DNA from: a virus
Lineage: Duplodnaviria; Caudoviricetes
Strand: one strand, 5' to 3'
DNA length: 64,000 bases
Virus record (IMG/VR): IMGVR_UViG_3300033414_000001
Coordinates: 1 to 64,000 of that record
Below, piece by piece: positions 1 through 8,071 of the stretch. The position numbers and the translations under genes were made by a program. How positions within the stretch are numbered: position 1 is the first letter of the stretch; every line of letters begins with the position of its first letter. A model generated the notes under the pieces. The model ran no database searches. It saw only the letters and a list, made by a program, of their open reading frames with translations, and had not been told where the DNA came from.

Positions 1-291
1 TTGGCGAAGCTGGCCGAACTGGATCGCGAGATCGAAGCGTATGGGCGCGACTCCCGGCGGCGACATGCCGGCATCCCTGCGGAGCACGTCCCGCATCTCA
101 GCGATCCGCGGGAGACGGTAGCCATGGGGGCGGCGCCTCCTGGGGTCGACGCGGAAACGGGGCTGCTGCTCCCGGAGACGGACGACGGCAAGCGCCGACG
201 CGCCGACCTGCGCAGGATCCTGCCGCCAAAACAGCGCGCCAGGCTCGCGGCGAAGCGCCTGGTGACGAGCAAGAGGAATTACGGCAGGTGA
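1..291 (+). CDS. 3' part of a hypothetical protein running in from before the window
   Basis: Open frame from base 1 to TGA 289-291; converges on a terminator-like hairpin. Confidence 0.45.
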   Translation: MAKLAELDREIEAYGRDSRRRHAGIPAEHVPHLSDPRETVAMGAAPPGVDAETGLLLPETDDGKRRRADLRRILPPKQRARLAAKRLVTSKRNYGR

Positions 292-295
292 AGGG

Positions 296-331
296 AAAAA
301 GGGGAGGCCCCGCGCTGGTAACACGGGGCCT
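296..331 (-). terminator. Intrinsic terminator closing the leftward early operon
   Basis: AGGCCCCG (305-312) / CGGGGCCT (324-331) stem; A5 at 296-300 gives a U-tract on the minus strand. Confidence 0.55.
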
Positions 332-340
332 GCTTGCCTG

Positions 341-556
341 CTACCCAGAGGCCGCACGAACGGCCTCATACCACGCCCTTCTGGCGAGCGCCTCCATCCG
401 CCGCTCGACATCCACGCACGACCCGCAGGTAACCAACCAGGCGTGCGCCGCGTAATGGCGCTGGATCTGCTCCTGCGAGTCGTCGATCGCCAGTTGCAGA
501 TTCACCAGGGCGTTCAGCGCCCGCTCCCCGGATGGGCCCGCTAGAAGATCGCGCAT
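341..556 (-). CDS. Small hypothetical protein
   Basis: 71-aa ORF tightly packed in the leftward gene chain. Confidence 0.45.
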   Translation of the reverse strand: MRDLLAGPSGERALNALVNLQLAIDDSQEQIQRHYAAHAWLVTCGSCVDVERRMEALARRAWYEAVRAASG

Positions 557-558
557 GG

Positions 559-885
559 CTACTCCGCCTCCCCGACATAGAGCACGTACCGACTGTCATT
601 CGGCGGCCAGTAGAGCGAGGTCGCGCGGGGAGGCAGTCCGAGGGCACGGCCCTTCGCGCGCCGCCAGGAATCGGCGCGCCAGGCGGCGCTACGTTCCGCG
701 AGGGCCATCTCGCGTCGGAGCATGCCGCGGGGCTCGCCGTCAAAGGCGCAGGACTCGGCCTCCCTAACCGCATCGGCAGCATCGATCCGGCCAACGACGA
801 CGTTTTGGTTCCGGAGATACCGCCTAGCGGCGGCATCCAACGCGGCAGGGATCTCGGCGTGCCGCTGATGGATCGTCAGGCCCAT
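559..885 (-). CDS. Hypothetical phage protein
   Basis: Start MGLTIHQ at 885, 2 nt after the upstream stop. Confidence 0.55.
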   Translation of the reverse strand: MGLTIHQRHAEIPAALDAAARRYLRNQNVVVGRIDAADAVREAESCAFDGEPRGMLRREMALAERSAAWRADSWRRAKGRALGLPPRATSLYWPPNDSRYVLYVGEAE

Positions 886-887
886 GG

Positions 888-1289
888 CTAGATCTCCTCC
901 GCCGGGAGCGAGGCAATGCACTCGGCGACGATCGACTTCGGCGCTCCGCCGTCCTCCACCAGCGCGGCGCCCACGCGCTGAATCGCGCCCACCAGCGCCT
1001 GCGTGGAGTTCCCCGCGTCGAGCAGCTCCCCGCCGCGCCAGTCGGAGGCGCCGTGCGAGTCCCAGCCGGGAGCCGGAGCGGAGGCGACGCCGTAGACGAT
1101 GGCGCGCCCGTCCTCGTGCTTCCGTACCCGGAGATCCCATCGAGCCTGCTCGTAGCTGGGGAGCGGCGTCCCACCCTGGGAGTCGACGACATCCCAGCCG
1201 TGGGCGATCCCCGTCCATTCCTCGGGGCGGATCTTGACCGGCGGCCTGTTGGTGAGGGTGATGGTTCGCGTCTTGGTAGCGTCTGCCAT
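888..1289 (-). CDS. Hypothetical phage early protein
   Basis: Start MADATKTRTI with AGAGG RBS; protein-like composition (VRKHEDGRAIVYG). Confidence 0.65.
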   Translation of the reverse strand: MADATKTRTITLTNRPPVKIRPEEWTGIAHGWDVVDSQGGTPLPSYEQARWDLRVRKHEDGRAIVYGVASAPAPGWDSHGASDWRGGELLDAGNSTQALVGAIQRVGAALVEDGGAPKSIVAECIASLPAEEI

Positions 1290-1309
1290 GGCGACCTCTG
1301 GTGCGGGCT

Positions 1310-1367
1310 GGCTCATCGGTACCGGGGGCCCGTGCTCCGGTAGACCGCCTCGCAGGGCGGTTTCGCC
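1310..1367 (-). ncRNA. Type II hammerhead ribozyme (U4C core variant)
   Basis: Minus strand: GGC-GAAA-CCGCC(ctgcga)GGCGG-UC-UACCGG(11 nt)CCGGUA-CCGAUGA-GCC; stems I, II, III and GUC cleavage triplet in the correct register; fills the intergenic gap. Confidence 0.7.
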
Positions 1368-1369
1368 TC

Positions 1370-1774
1370 TCAGGGGACGCGAAGGATGTACGGCCGATCC
1401 CATTTCCCTACGTTGACCTCTACATACCAGCCTACGTTGACGTAGTCGGACTGGAGATCGCTGCGGTCCCAGTTCCCATCGTTCAGGGCGGGAAACAGGT
1501 CGGCCAGAAACGCCAAGGATGCACCATGGAATGCGTCCTGCCAGTAGTGCGGGTTGACGGACAGATGCCCACGAGCGGCGCCCTCCGCCAGGATCTCGGC
1601 AGTCCAGCGCTCCGGGACCCTGTCCCCAAAGAAGTCGACCGATCCCTCCGAGATGGAAACCACAAGCGCGGAATGGTCGCACACGGACAAGGTCGCCTTG
1701 ACTCCGTGCCGCGCGCAGACCTCCTTCACGCGCGGGGCGATCGACTTCTTCTTCTCCTGGGACATGTAGGCCAT
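1370..1774 (-). CDS. Conserved phage protein (MAYMSQEKK...SDYVNVGWY...GKWDRPY type)
   Basis: AAGGAG RBS, directly behind a strong promoter; resembles a widespread small phage protein, recalled not searched. Confidence 0.7.
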   Translation of the reverse strand: MAYMSQEKKKSIAPRVKEVCARHGVKATLSVCDHSALVVSISEGSVDFFGDRVPERWTAEILAEGAARGHLSVNPHYWQDAFHGASLAFLADLFPALNDGNWDRSDLQSDYVNVGWYVEVNVGKWDRPYILRVP

Positions 1775-1827
1775 CTAGCTCTCCTTGGCGCGCCGTGGTC
1801 CCGGGCGCGAGGGGCGCTGCGAATCAG

Positions 1828-1870
1828 CAGCGTGAGAGGACTATATACAGGACCGGCTCGCGTGTCAAGT
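1828..1870 (-). promoter_or_regulatory. Repeated sigma70-type early promoter, copy 1
   Basis: TTGACA (1868-1863)-17 bp-TATAGT (1845-1840); 38/43 identical to the copy at 4798-4840. Confidence 0.8.
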
Positions 1871-1902
1871 GTACCCACGAAGGGCACGTCAACGGCGTGT
1901 AG

Positions 1903-2409
1903 TTATTTGCGAATCTTCCGTTTCGCGGGCCCGGGTCGGGGGTCTTGAAGACCACCCGATTCCCACCCCTCCGCCCATTCCTCCAGGGCCTCCGAGGCCG
2001 CCGTGGCGAGCGGGAGATCCGGCCGGCCCCTGGCACTCGACGCCTCCCGGAGCGCGGCCAGCGCCTTCGCCGAGACCCGCACGTGACTGATCTCGGGTCT
2101 GGCCTCGCGCTCCTCTCTCGGCAGTCCGAGGGCCCGGAGCGGCTCGCCGGGGTGACGCCTCCGCCGCACGTAGTGGCCCCAGCACAAGCCGAAGGCGATG
2201 ACCGGTTGGCCACAGGACGCACCCTCCTTGCGCCCGGGGGCGGGACAGGTGGGCCGGGGCGGCGACGCCGCGCGCGCGTCGTCCTCAGCGTAGACGGCGC
2301 GCTGGCGCTCAATGGCGACGGGGTCGTAGGCCGCGACCGGCCCGCCGCTCGGGGACAGCAGATCTCGGCGTGAGGCCGCGGCGACGGCGCTGTTCCTGGG
2401 CTTGCTCAT
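1903..2409 (-). CDS. Zn-ribbon (C..C..GLCWGHY) plus probable ribbon-helix-helix DNA-binding protein
   Basis: CPAPG..CGQPV.AFGLCWGHYVRRRR motif followed by HVRVSAKALAALREA. Confidence 0.55.
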   Translation of the reverse strand: MSKPRNSAVAAASRRDLLSPSGGPVAAYDPVAIERQRAVYAEDDARAASPPRPTCPAPGRKEGASCGQPVIAFGLCWGHYVRRRRHPGEPLRALGLPREEREARPEISHVRVSAKALAALREASSARGRPDLPLATAASEALEEWAEGWESGGLQDPRPGPAKRKIRK

Positions 2410-2639
2410 AGCGACTCCATCTCCGACGCCACGCGGGCCAGGCTGGCGGCGGTCTCGTGGCCGGAATCACGCAGCGCCGCGCGGGCTGCCTCCATGGCGT
2501 CGAGCAGCTCGCCGCGCGCACGACTCCAGCGATCTCCGTGCATTCCGGGTTGGGCAAGGTCCGCCTCGATGGCGGCAATCAGGCGCCGGAGGATCAGGGA
2601 GTGGTCACGGCGAGGCTCAGGGGTTGGGCGGGTAGGCAT
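2406..2639 (-). CDS. Small helical hypothetical protein
   Basis: ATGA-type overlap with the downstream gene; GGAGG RBS. Confidence 0.5.
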   Translation of the reverse strand: MPTRPTPEPRRDHSLILRRLIAAIEADLAQPGMHGDRWSRARGELLDAMEAARAALRDSGHETAASLARVASEMESL

Positions 2640-3147
2640 GTTACCTCCAGATAACGGCAACGGCGATGGCGAGCGCCGCGAACGGAAGGGCGCACATGGA
2701 GAGCAGCAGGGCGAAATCGAGGATATCGGCGGTGCGCTGCTGGGGTGGGATTCGGATCACGGCGAAATCTCCAGACGGTAGGTGAGGGGAAGATCGGCGG
2801 CCTCCAGGAGGCCCCGAGACCATTTGGGGCGATCGTCGTAGTGAACCTCCTCGATCTCGGTCTGGGATAGCGGTTGGACGTAGCCCAACACCTCAGCCTC
2901 GATCTCGGCGCGGGAGCGTCGAGCCTCGACGGCGCGGCTACCCATGCATCCGCGCAGCAGTCTCCGGGACGACCAAGGCCCTGGGTCTCTCTTGGATCCC
3001 TCGCGCCAGATCCAGTCTCCGTAGGCCCGGCGCCAGCCCAGCGGTTTCACGGCGACGCCTCGACGCGGAGCGGAGCCACCCACCTGTTCCCGTGCTCCTC
3101 GTCCGGGAGCCGGCGTGCGTCGCGCTCCTCATACTTCAGACCCGCGG

Positions 3148-3504
3148 TCACGCTGCGGCCTCCGAGGCGCCGGACCTGGGAACCCACTCGCCGTCAATCT
3201 CCTCCTGGAGCGCCTCCCAATCCGCGCTGGACGCACAGCAGGGATCGACGCCACGCCTGCGGCATCGAGCCGCCCACTCGGCAGCTTCCTCTTCCTGGAG
3301 GATGTGGGCCTGGCCGACCGTCATGTCGGCCGGATCGAAGCCGTGCCTGTGGCACCGCAACAGCCACATGTCGTGACGCCGGTTCTGCCGGCGCAGCGCC
3401 TTGGTCTCAGCCGCGAGCCGAGGATCCGGCCGCGGCGGGACGAGGAGGGACAACTCGCGTGCCGTCACTCCGGCGCGTACTGCGGCAAGGATGACAGGGT
3501 TCAT
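3148..3504 (-). CDS. Hypothetical protein
   Basis: Start MNPVILAAVRAG with AAGGAGG RBS. Confidence 0.55.
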   Translation of the reverse strand: MNPVILAAVRAGVTARELSLLVPPRPDPRLAAETKALRRQNRRHDMWLLRCHRHGFDPADMTVGQAHILQEEEAAEWAARCRRRGVDPCCASSADWEALQEEIDGEWVPRSGASEAAA

Positions 3505-3554
3505 ACGTTGCCTCCTTCGGTTCTCCCGTCGCTCCATGCGGCGGGGCAATACGG

Positions 3555-3758
3555 TTACCGACCCCTGGTGACGGCGACAAAAAAGGTCCCGCCATCCAGC
3601 CGCAGCACCAGGCCGCTATGCTTCGGATCCGGGTGCTCATCGTCCAGGCTCACTGCCGCGTCGGCGAGCTGATCGGACTCCTCGATGATCTCGCGGAGAC
3701 ACTCAACCACCGCGTCAGCGCTCCACGGACAGTCATTGCTACCGGGCGTGACAGTCAT
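3555..3758 (-). CDS. Hypothetical protein
   Basis: AGGAG RBS; ends GLVLRLDGGTFFVAVTRGR. Confidence 0.55.
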   Translation of the reverse strand: MTVTPGSNDCPWSADAVVECLREIIEESDQLADAAVSLDDEHPDPKHSGLVLRLDGGTFFVAVTRGR

Positions 3759-3790
3759 ATCGGCTCCTGGTGCTACGAGTTGACTGCTAG

Positions 3791-3835
3791 TCGCGCCCCG
3801 GGACTCGAACCCGGAGGCCGCCGTCCGGCGCGCGA
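3791..3835 (-). ncRNA. tRNA T-arm/acceptor-like mini structure, intergenic
   Basis: CCGGG-TTCGAGT-CCCGG (3814-3798) flanked by TCGCGC/GCGCGA pairing; no D arm, anticodon arm or CCA. Confidence 0.35.
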
Positions 3836-3845
3836 GGGGCTACGG

Positions 3846-4217
3846 CTACAGGAACTCGCTTTCGCCGCAGGGGCACTCGTCCCACGACTTCCCAGCGTTC
3901 GAGCCGCGGACCACGACGTGCCGGGTGCGCCGCTTCCCGCACGGGCACTTCGTGCGCTGGCGGGACAGTCGATCCACCTCGGCAGCCGCTGCGGCTGCGT
4001 AGGCGCGGTAGTAGGCCTGCTCCAGCCGGGAGGGGATGCCCTCGATCTCCGCGGCGCCCGCGTTGATCGCGCCCTCGTCCCAGGCGACATGCCCATCCCT
4101 GAGCGTGCCCAGCACGGCCCCGAGGCCCTGCTCTCGGAGCATGTCCCGGACCTCTCCGCGACCAGCTCGCGCGCCCTTCCGTTGCGCCGCCAGCTTGGCT
4201 TTGCTCTTGATGGCCAT
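3846..4217 (-). CDS. Hypothetical protein with C-terminal Cys cluster
   Basis: GGAG RBS; KCPCG...WDECPCG. Confidence 0.6.
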   Translation of the reverse strand: MAIKSKAKLAAQRKGARAGRGEVRDMLREQGLGAVLGTLRDGHVAWDEGAINAGAAEIEGIPSRLEQAYYRAYAAAAAAEVDRLSRQRTKCPCGKRRTRHVVVRGSNAGKSWDECPCGESEFL

Positions 4218-4260
4218 GACTCTCTCCGTCTGGTGTAGCGGGTTAACTACGAGTCCCTGC

Positions 4261-4557
4261 TCAGCGGTACGGGCGCTCTCGCTCGGCCTTGACCTCGGCC
4301 TGGACCGCCTCGGTCCAGGCCCTTCGAACGGCGCCCTCGGCCTCGTCGATGGCCTGCTCGGACTCGGCGCCGTGCTGGTACTCCCCCGACTCGCTCAGCT
4401 CGTCCGTCAGGACGGCTTCGAGCGCCTCCATGGCGTCGGACAGGGCCTCGTCCGAGGTGAGGCCGCGATCGAGCGCCAGCCGCGCCTCATGGATCGTCGA
4501 GTCGTCGGACGACTCGTAGTTGCAGTTGCAGACGGTCGGATAGCTGGTGGCGGCCAT
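4261..4557 (-). CDS. Acidic hypothetical protein
   Basis: Start MAATSYPTVCNC, 2 nt after the upstream stop. Confidence 0.55.
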   Translation of the reverse strand: MAATSYPTVCNCNYESSDDSTIHEARLALDRGLTSDEALSDAMEALEAVLTDELSESGEYQHGAESEQAIDEAEGAVRRAWTEAVQAEVKAERERPYR

Positions 4558-4559
4558 GG

Positions 4560-4760
4560 CTAGCGGTCCTCTCCGCGCATGGCGGCCAGAATCGGGGCCG
4601 GGAGCTCGCGGAGCACGGGACGCTCGCCGGAGCTGTCCCACCGGCCGAACCTCAGCGCGCTGATATCGTCGAGGATCTGCTCGCGCTGGGCGGAGTTGGT
4701 GGCGGGGCGCGCATACTCGCGCGCCAAATTCAGGGCCCGATCGAAGTTCTTGCTCGCCAT
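4560..4760 (-). CDS. Hypothetical protein
   Basis: Start MASKNFDRAL with AGGAG RBS behind promoter copy 2. Confidence 0.6.
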   Translation of the reverse strand: MASKNFDRALNLAREYARPATNSAQREQILDDISALRFGRWDSSGERPVLRELPAPILAAMRGEDR

Positions 4761-4797
4761 CTGGTTTCTCCTGGGTGGGCTGGCCGCTCCGTGCGTC

Positions 4798-4840
4798 CAG
4801 CGTGAGGTAACTATACACAGGACCGGCGCGCGTGTCAAGT
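4798..4840 (-). promoter_or_regulatory. Repeated sigma70-type early promoter, copy 2
   Basis: TTGACA-17 bp-TATAGT (-10 at 4815-4810). Confidence 0.8.
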
Positions 4841-5650
4841 AGCGCGTCGGATGATCTCAAGGACGCGCGATCGGTCGGCCCTGAGCGGGGAGTCGGTGTA
4901 CGCGGTTACGTACACGATCGTCTTCGGGCCGACCCGGACCACGTGCGCCTCGCCCACGCGGTCAATTCGGACCACGTCCCCGCGGCGGATCTCCAGATCG
5001 GGGAGGCCTCCGGCTTCGGCCAGGGCCGCCACCTCGACGGCCAGCCGGGAGCGGACCTCGACGAGCCGTGCCTCGTTCTGGGCGCGCGCAGCCTCGCCCA
5101 CCCACACCGGATCGGACTGGCGCCGCACGCACTGGCGCTCATCGGCCCGGAGGCGGTCGATCCGCCGGGCGATGGCTGGCGCCGTCGCCGCCTCCTCATG
5201 CCGGAGTCGGCTCGACTCGGCCCGGCGCTCCAGGTCCCGGGCGACGTCCAGCAGCTCCACGCCCTTCGCGGTGGCGGCATGGCTGCGCTCTACCGCGCGG
5301 CGGTGGCGCCGCTCGGAGTGGTGCCCCACCAGGATGGGTTGCCCGAGCGGGATCCCCTCCACGAGGGCCGACCCCCGGGACAGCGCAGCCTCGCCAGCGG
5401 CACGGGCCGACTCCGCGCGTGCGGCCAGGCGATCGGCTCGTTCCGCGGAGTACTCGACCTCGCCGCCGTCCTGGACCTCGATGCCGGCGGGAACCACGGC
5501 CGACCGGGAGGGGTGGTTCCAGGAGCTCCGGTAGCTGCTCCAGCGCCACCCAGCGGAGCGCAGCGCGGCCAGGGTTTCGGCGGCCGGGCGCGTGGCGAAT
5601 GCGAGCCAGCGGCGCCCGGTGACGTGATCTCGGGAAAGGGTGGCGGTCAT
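4835..5650 (-). CDS. DUF3560-like protein
   Basis: GIPLGQPILVGHHSERRHRR motif typical of DUF3560 proteins of mobile elements. Confidence 0.75.
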   Translation of the reverse strand: MTATLSRDHVTGRRWLAFATRPAAETLAALRSAGWRWSSYRSSWNHPSRSAVVPAGIEVQDGGEVEYSAERADRLAARAESARAAGEAALSRGSALVEGIPLGQPILVGHHSERRHRRAVERSHAATAKGVELLDVARDLERRAESSRLRHEEAATAPAIARRIDRLRADERQCVRRQSDPVWVGEAARAQNEARLVEVRSRLAVEVAALAEAGGLPDLEIRRGDVVRIDRVGEAHVVRVGPKTIVYVTAYTDSPLRADRSRVLEIIRRAT

Positions 5651-5886
5651 GGCGTGCTCCGGGCGGCGGCGATCTGCTGCCATCCGCCTCCTCTGCGACA
5701 CCGCAGGCACTCCCCGGCGCTGTGCCAGTACACGGAGTCCCTTCCCCCATCGGCCATGATCGGCAGCGTTCTCCCGACGAGGTAGGGGGCCGCGATGCTG
5801 ACCGTCCAGCCGCACGAGCACGCCGGGGCTGGCGCCAGCGCTTCCCCGACCGCCTTGGTCACTGCCTTCGGTTCCGAAGTCTTCAT
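5647..5886 (-). CDS. Small Cys/His hypothetical protein, probably leaderless
   Basis: ATG 7 nt after the -10 box; CSCG...HSAGECLRC. Confidence 0.55.
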   Translation of the reverse strand: MKTSEPKAVTKAVGEALAPAPACSCGWTVSIAAPYLVGRTLPIMADGGRDSVYWHSAGECLRCRRGGGWQQIAAARSTP

Positions 5887-5893
5887 GTGCTGG

Positions 5894-5922
5894 ACTATAT
5901 ACAGACTAGACGGACGTGTCAA
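5894..5922 (-). promoter_or_regulatory. Repeated early promoter, copy 3
   Basis: TTGACA (5922-5917)-17 bp-TATAGT (5899-5894). Confidence 0.8.
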
Positions 5923-5946
5923 GGGCGCGCTCGCTCGGGTATCCAC

Positions 5947-5975
5947 TTGACACGCTGGTCGGTCCTGTATATAGT
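5947..5975 (+). promoter_or_regulatory. Repeated early promoter, copy 4 (divergent)
   Basis: TTGACA (5947-5952)-17 bp-TATAGT (5970-5975); spacer shares CGGTCCTGTA with copy 1. Confidence 0.8.
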
Positions 5976-5982
5976 ACCTCAC

Positions 5983-6069
5983 ATGACGACCACTACCGAG
6001 CAGCCCATCCTCGCGCCCGAGCATGTCATCTACAGCTACAGCCGCGCCCAGGCCATCCGGGATGGGTAG
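5983..6069 (+). pseudogene. Truncated DUF6573-like gene
   Basis: MTTTTEQPILAPEHVIYSYSRAQAIRDG then a stop inside the inverted repeat; the IYSYSRAQAI.DG motif normally continues. Confidence 0.6.
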
Positions 6070-6097
6070 TGATCAAGTTTGCCCCTTGATCACTACC
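6065..6097. mobile_element. 33-bp IS1-family-like mini element / recombination scar
   Basis: Perfect 12-bp inverted repeat GGTAGTGATCAA...TTGATCACTACC with 9-bp spacer; left end 13/17 identical to the IS end at 15536. Confidence 0.6.
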
Positions 6098-6304
6098 AAA
6101 AAGTTCCCGAGCCACCGTGCTCTTGCCGGCACCGGACGGCCCGACGATGAGTCCGACGCTCCACGGCCGCTCTTCGAGCGGCAGATTCACGTCCCATTCG
6201 ACGCGCGATTCGGCGGCCGGCGGCACGTCGAAGATCCCCCGGAGCTGGAGGACTCGCGCGGATGGGCGGATCGTTGAGCTGACGACTACGTGAGCGCGCG
6301 GCAT
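6098..6304 (-). pseudogene. Truncated ABC-type ATPase (N-terminus to Walker A only)
   Basis: WSVGLIVGPSGAGKSTVARELF then sequence breaks at the inverted repeat. Confidence 0.7.
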
Positions 6305-6858
6305 TCGAGCCCCTCCGCCAGGAATCGATCGAGCAAGCCCTTCTGGTCGGCCTCGCTCGCGCATTCGACAACTACCTGCCATCGCTCCGGAATCGGCCCT
6401 TCGTCCGGTCCGGCGCGATCCAGCAGGGCGGTCCCCGCGTCCTCGGTCATCTGCCGGAGCATCGCTGTGAGCCCCGGATCTTCCGTCGAGACCTCAGCGA
6501 TCAGCGCCGTCAGCGCTGCGTCGTCGCGGGTGGCCATCTCGGTGATGGGGTCGAGCGCCACCAGCGCGAGCTTCTCCTCCTGCGGGGAGAGTTCGACGTA
6601 CAGCACCGGCACAGTGGCGACGCCCTGCCGCAGCGCCTCCTCAACTCGGGCGTGACCATCCAGGACGTAGCCCGTGGCCCGGTTGACGATCACCTGCTTG
6701 AGCCAGCCGAGCTCGCGGAGCGAGCCTCGGAGGGCGTCCAGTTGCGCACCGGGGTGCCGCCGGAAGTTGGCGGGGTTGGCGAGCAGCTGGTCCGGCGGGA
6801 CATCCCCGAACCCGACGATGCGATTTGCGATGAGACCTGACTCGTTCGGCACATTCAC
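6286..6858 (-). CDS. ParB/Srx-like N-terminal domain protein
   Basis: NPANFRRH...SLRELGW..QVIVN..TGYVLDGHARVEEA...VPV motifs. Confidence 0.8.
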   Translation of the reverse strand: MNVPNESGLIANRIVGFGDVPPDQLLANPANFRRHPGAQLDALRGSLRELGWLKQVIVNRATGYVLDGHARVEEALRQGVATVPVLYVELSPQEEKLALVALDPITEMATRDDAALTALIAEVSTEDPGLTAMLRQMTEDAGTALLDRAGPDEGPIPERWQVVVECASEADQKGLLDRFLAEGLECRALT

Positions 6859-7082
6859 CTACCTTGGAAAGGGCAAAACCTCGACCGGACGGAACGATAA
6901 CACAGGCCGAAACCGTCCTTTCCTTGGCCGCGCGATCCCGCGGAACGCCTCGGGCTGGCCTTAGGCGTGCCTTGCGGCGCGATTCGACGACCCATGGGCG
7001 GCATCCGACTGCCAATACCGCCCCTGAAAGCGCTGCCCCATGGCGTATCGAGCCCAATGTGCTAGCCTATCGGGCGAGACCT

Positions 7083-7799
7083 ATGGCGAGACGGGCGAGA
7101 ACGCGAGAACTGTACGATCGGCTGCTCCAGGGCTACCGGGACGCTCCGGGGAACCACGCGCATGCGGCACGTGTGGCGGGCATGGAGCACAGGGCATGTA
7201 AGCGCGCCTGGGAGGAAGGGTGGCCTCCCTTGCCGTGGGCCATCCCGATCAAGGACCAGATCTACTTGGAGCAGGAGCAGGCCCGCCTCGCCGCGCTCCA
7301 GATCTCCGACAAGGACCGGGAGGCCAAGGAGGCGGCGAAGCAGACGGTGCGCCAGGCAGCCATCGACGCTCACGCCGAAGTCGGCCAAGCCGTCGTGTCG
7401 GCCCGGAAGAACGCGATGGCGCTCATGGGTGTGACGCAGGTGTTGTTCAAGGGCCTGCTCCGCCTCAACGAACGGACCTCGGCGCTCCTGGAGAAGCCCG
7501 ACACCGACCTCAAGCCCGAGCAGGCAGTCAGGATCTCGGAGCGCATCAGCAAGACGGTGAAGCAAGCGGCCGAGACGATGAAGCTCGCCATCGTGATGGA
7601 GCATCTGCACCTCGGACGCCCCACGGAGATCCTCGGGCTCACCGACGCGGATGGCGAGATGTCGATGGAGGAGGCGCTGCGCGAGATCGAGATCGCCCGA
7701 GAGGATGCGGATCGATTCAAGCAGCGCGTCGCGGCGGCGATCGGCGGGAAGCTGGAGGTCATCGACGGCGGGAAATCTACGGGAGGGTCGGGGCCATGA
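7083..7799 (+). CDS. Helical phage protein, candidate terminase small subunit
   Basis: First rightward gene upstream of terL; N-terminal HTH-like segment, helical body, LEVIDGGK tail; assignment is positional. Confidence 0.45.
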   Translation: MARRARTRELYDRLLQGYRDAPGNHAHAARVAGMEHRACKRAWEEGWPPLPWAIPIKDQIYLEQEQARLAALQISDKDREAKEAAKQTVRQAAIDAHAEVGQAVVSARKNAMALMGVTQVLFKGLLRLNERTSALLEKPDTDLKPEQAVRISERISKTVKQAAETMKLAIVMEHLHLGRPTEILGLTDADGEMSMEEALREIEIAREDADRFKQRVAAAIGGKLEVIDGGKSTGGSGP

Positions 7800-8071
7800 G
7801 CGAGGCCGTTCCGGATCCGGTGCCGCTGGCCGTGGTCCGAGTAGACGAGACACGCAAGAGGTCGACCGTGGAACTACTGGAGCGCGCCCTCTCCGCGGCG
7901 AAAGAGGGCCAAGTCGATGGCGTATTCGTGGTGCTGACCTACCCGAACTCCTTTGCTTGGCGGGAAATGTGGTCTGACGGGCTATCCAAGCTCGACGCAG
8001 TCGGACGCCTGGAGGCGCTCAAGTGGGCACTCCTGCACCAGCCTTTCGAGAAGGATGGAGAGTGCCGATGA
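7796..8071 (+). CDS. Hypothetical protein
   Basis: ATGA overlap with the upstream gene; 91 aa. Confidence 0.6.
   Translation: MSEAVPDPVPLAVVRVDETRKRSTVELLERALSAAKEGQVDGVFVVLTYPNSFAWREMWSDGLSKLDAVGRLEALKWALLHQPFEKDGECR

Noticed and set aside
3798-3814. T-loop as attP of a tRNA-integrating prophage
   Set aside because: No CCA end, no adjacent integrase and no second copy in the window
1828-5975. Dispersed ~30-43-bp repeats as a CRISPR array for the type IV system
   Set aside because: Spacing is kilobases and irregular, orientations are mixed, and each copy is a TTGACA-17-TATAGT promoter in front of a gene
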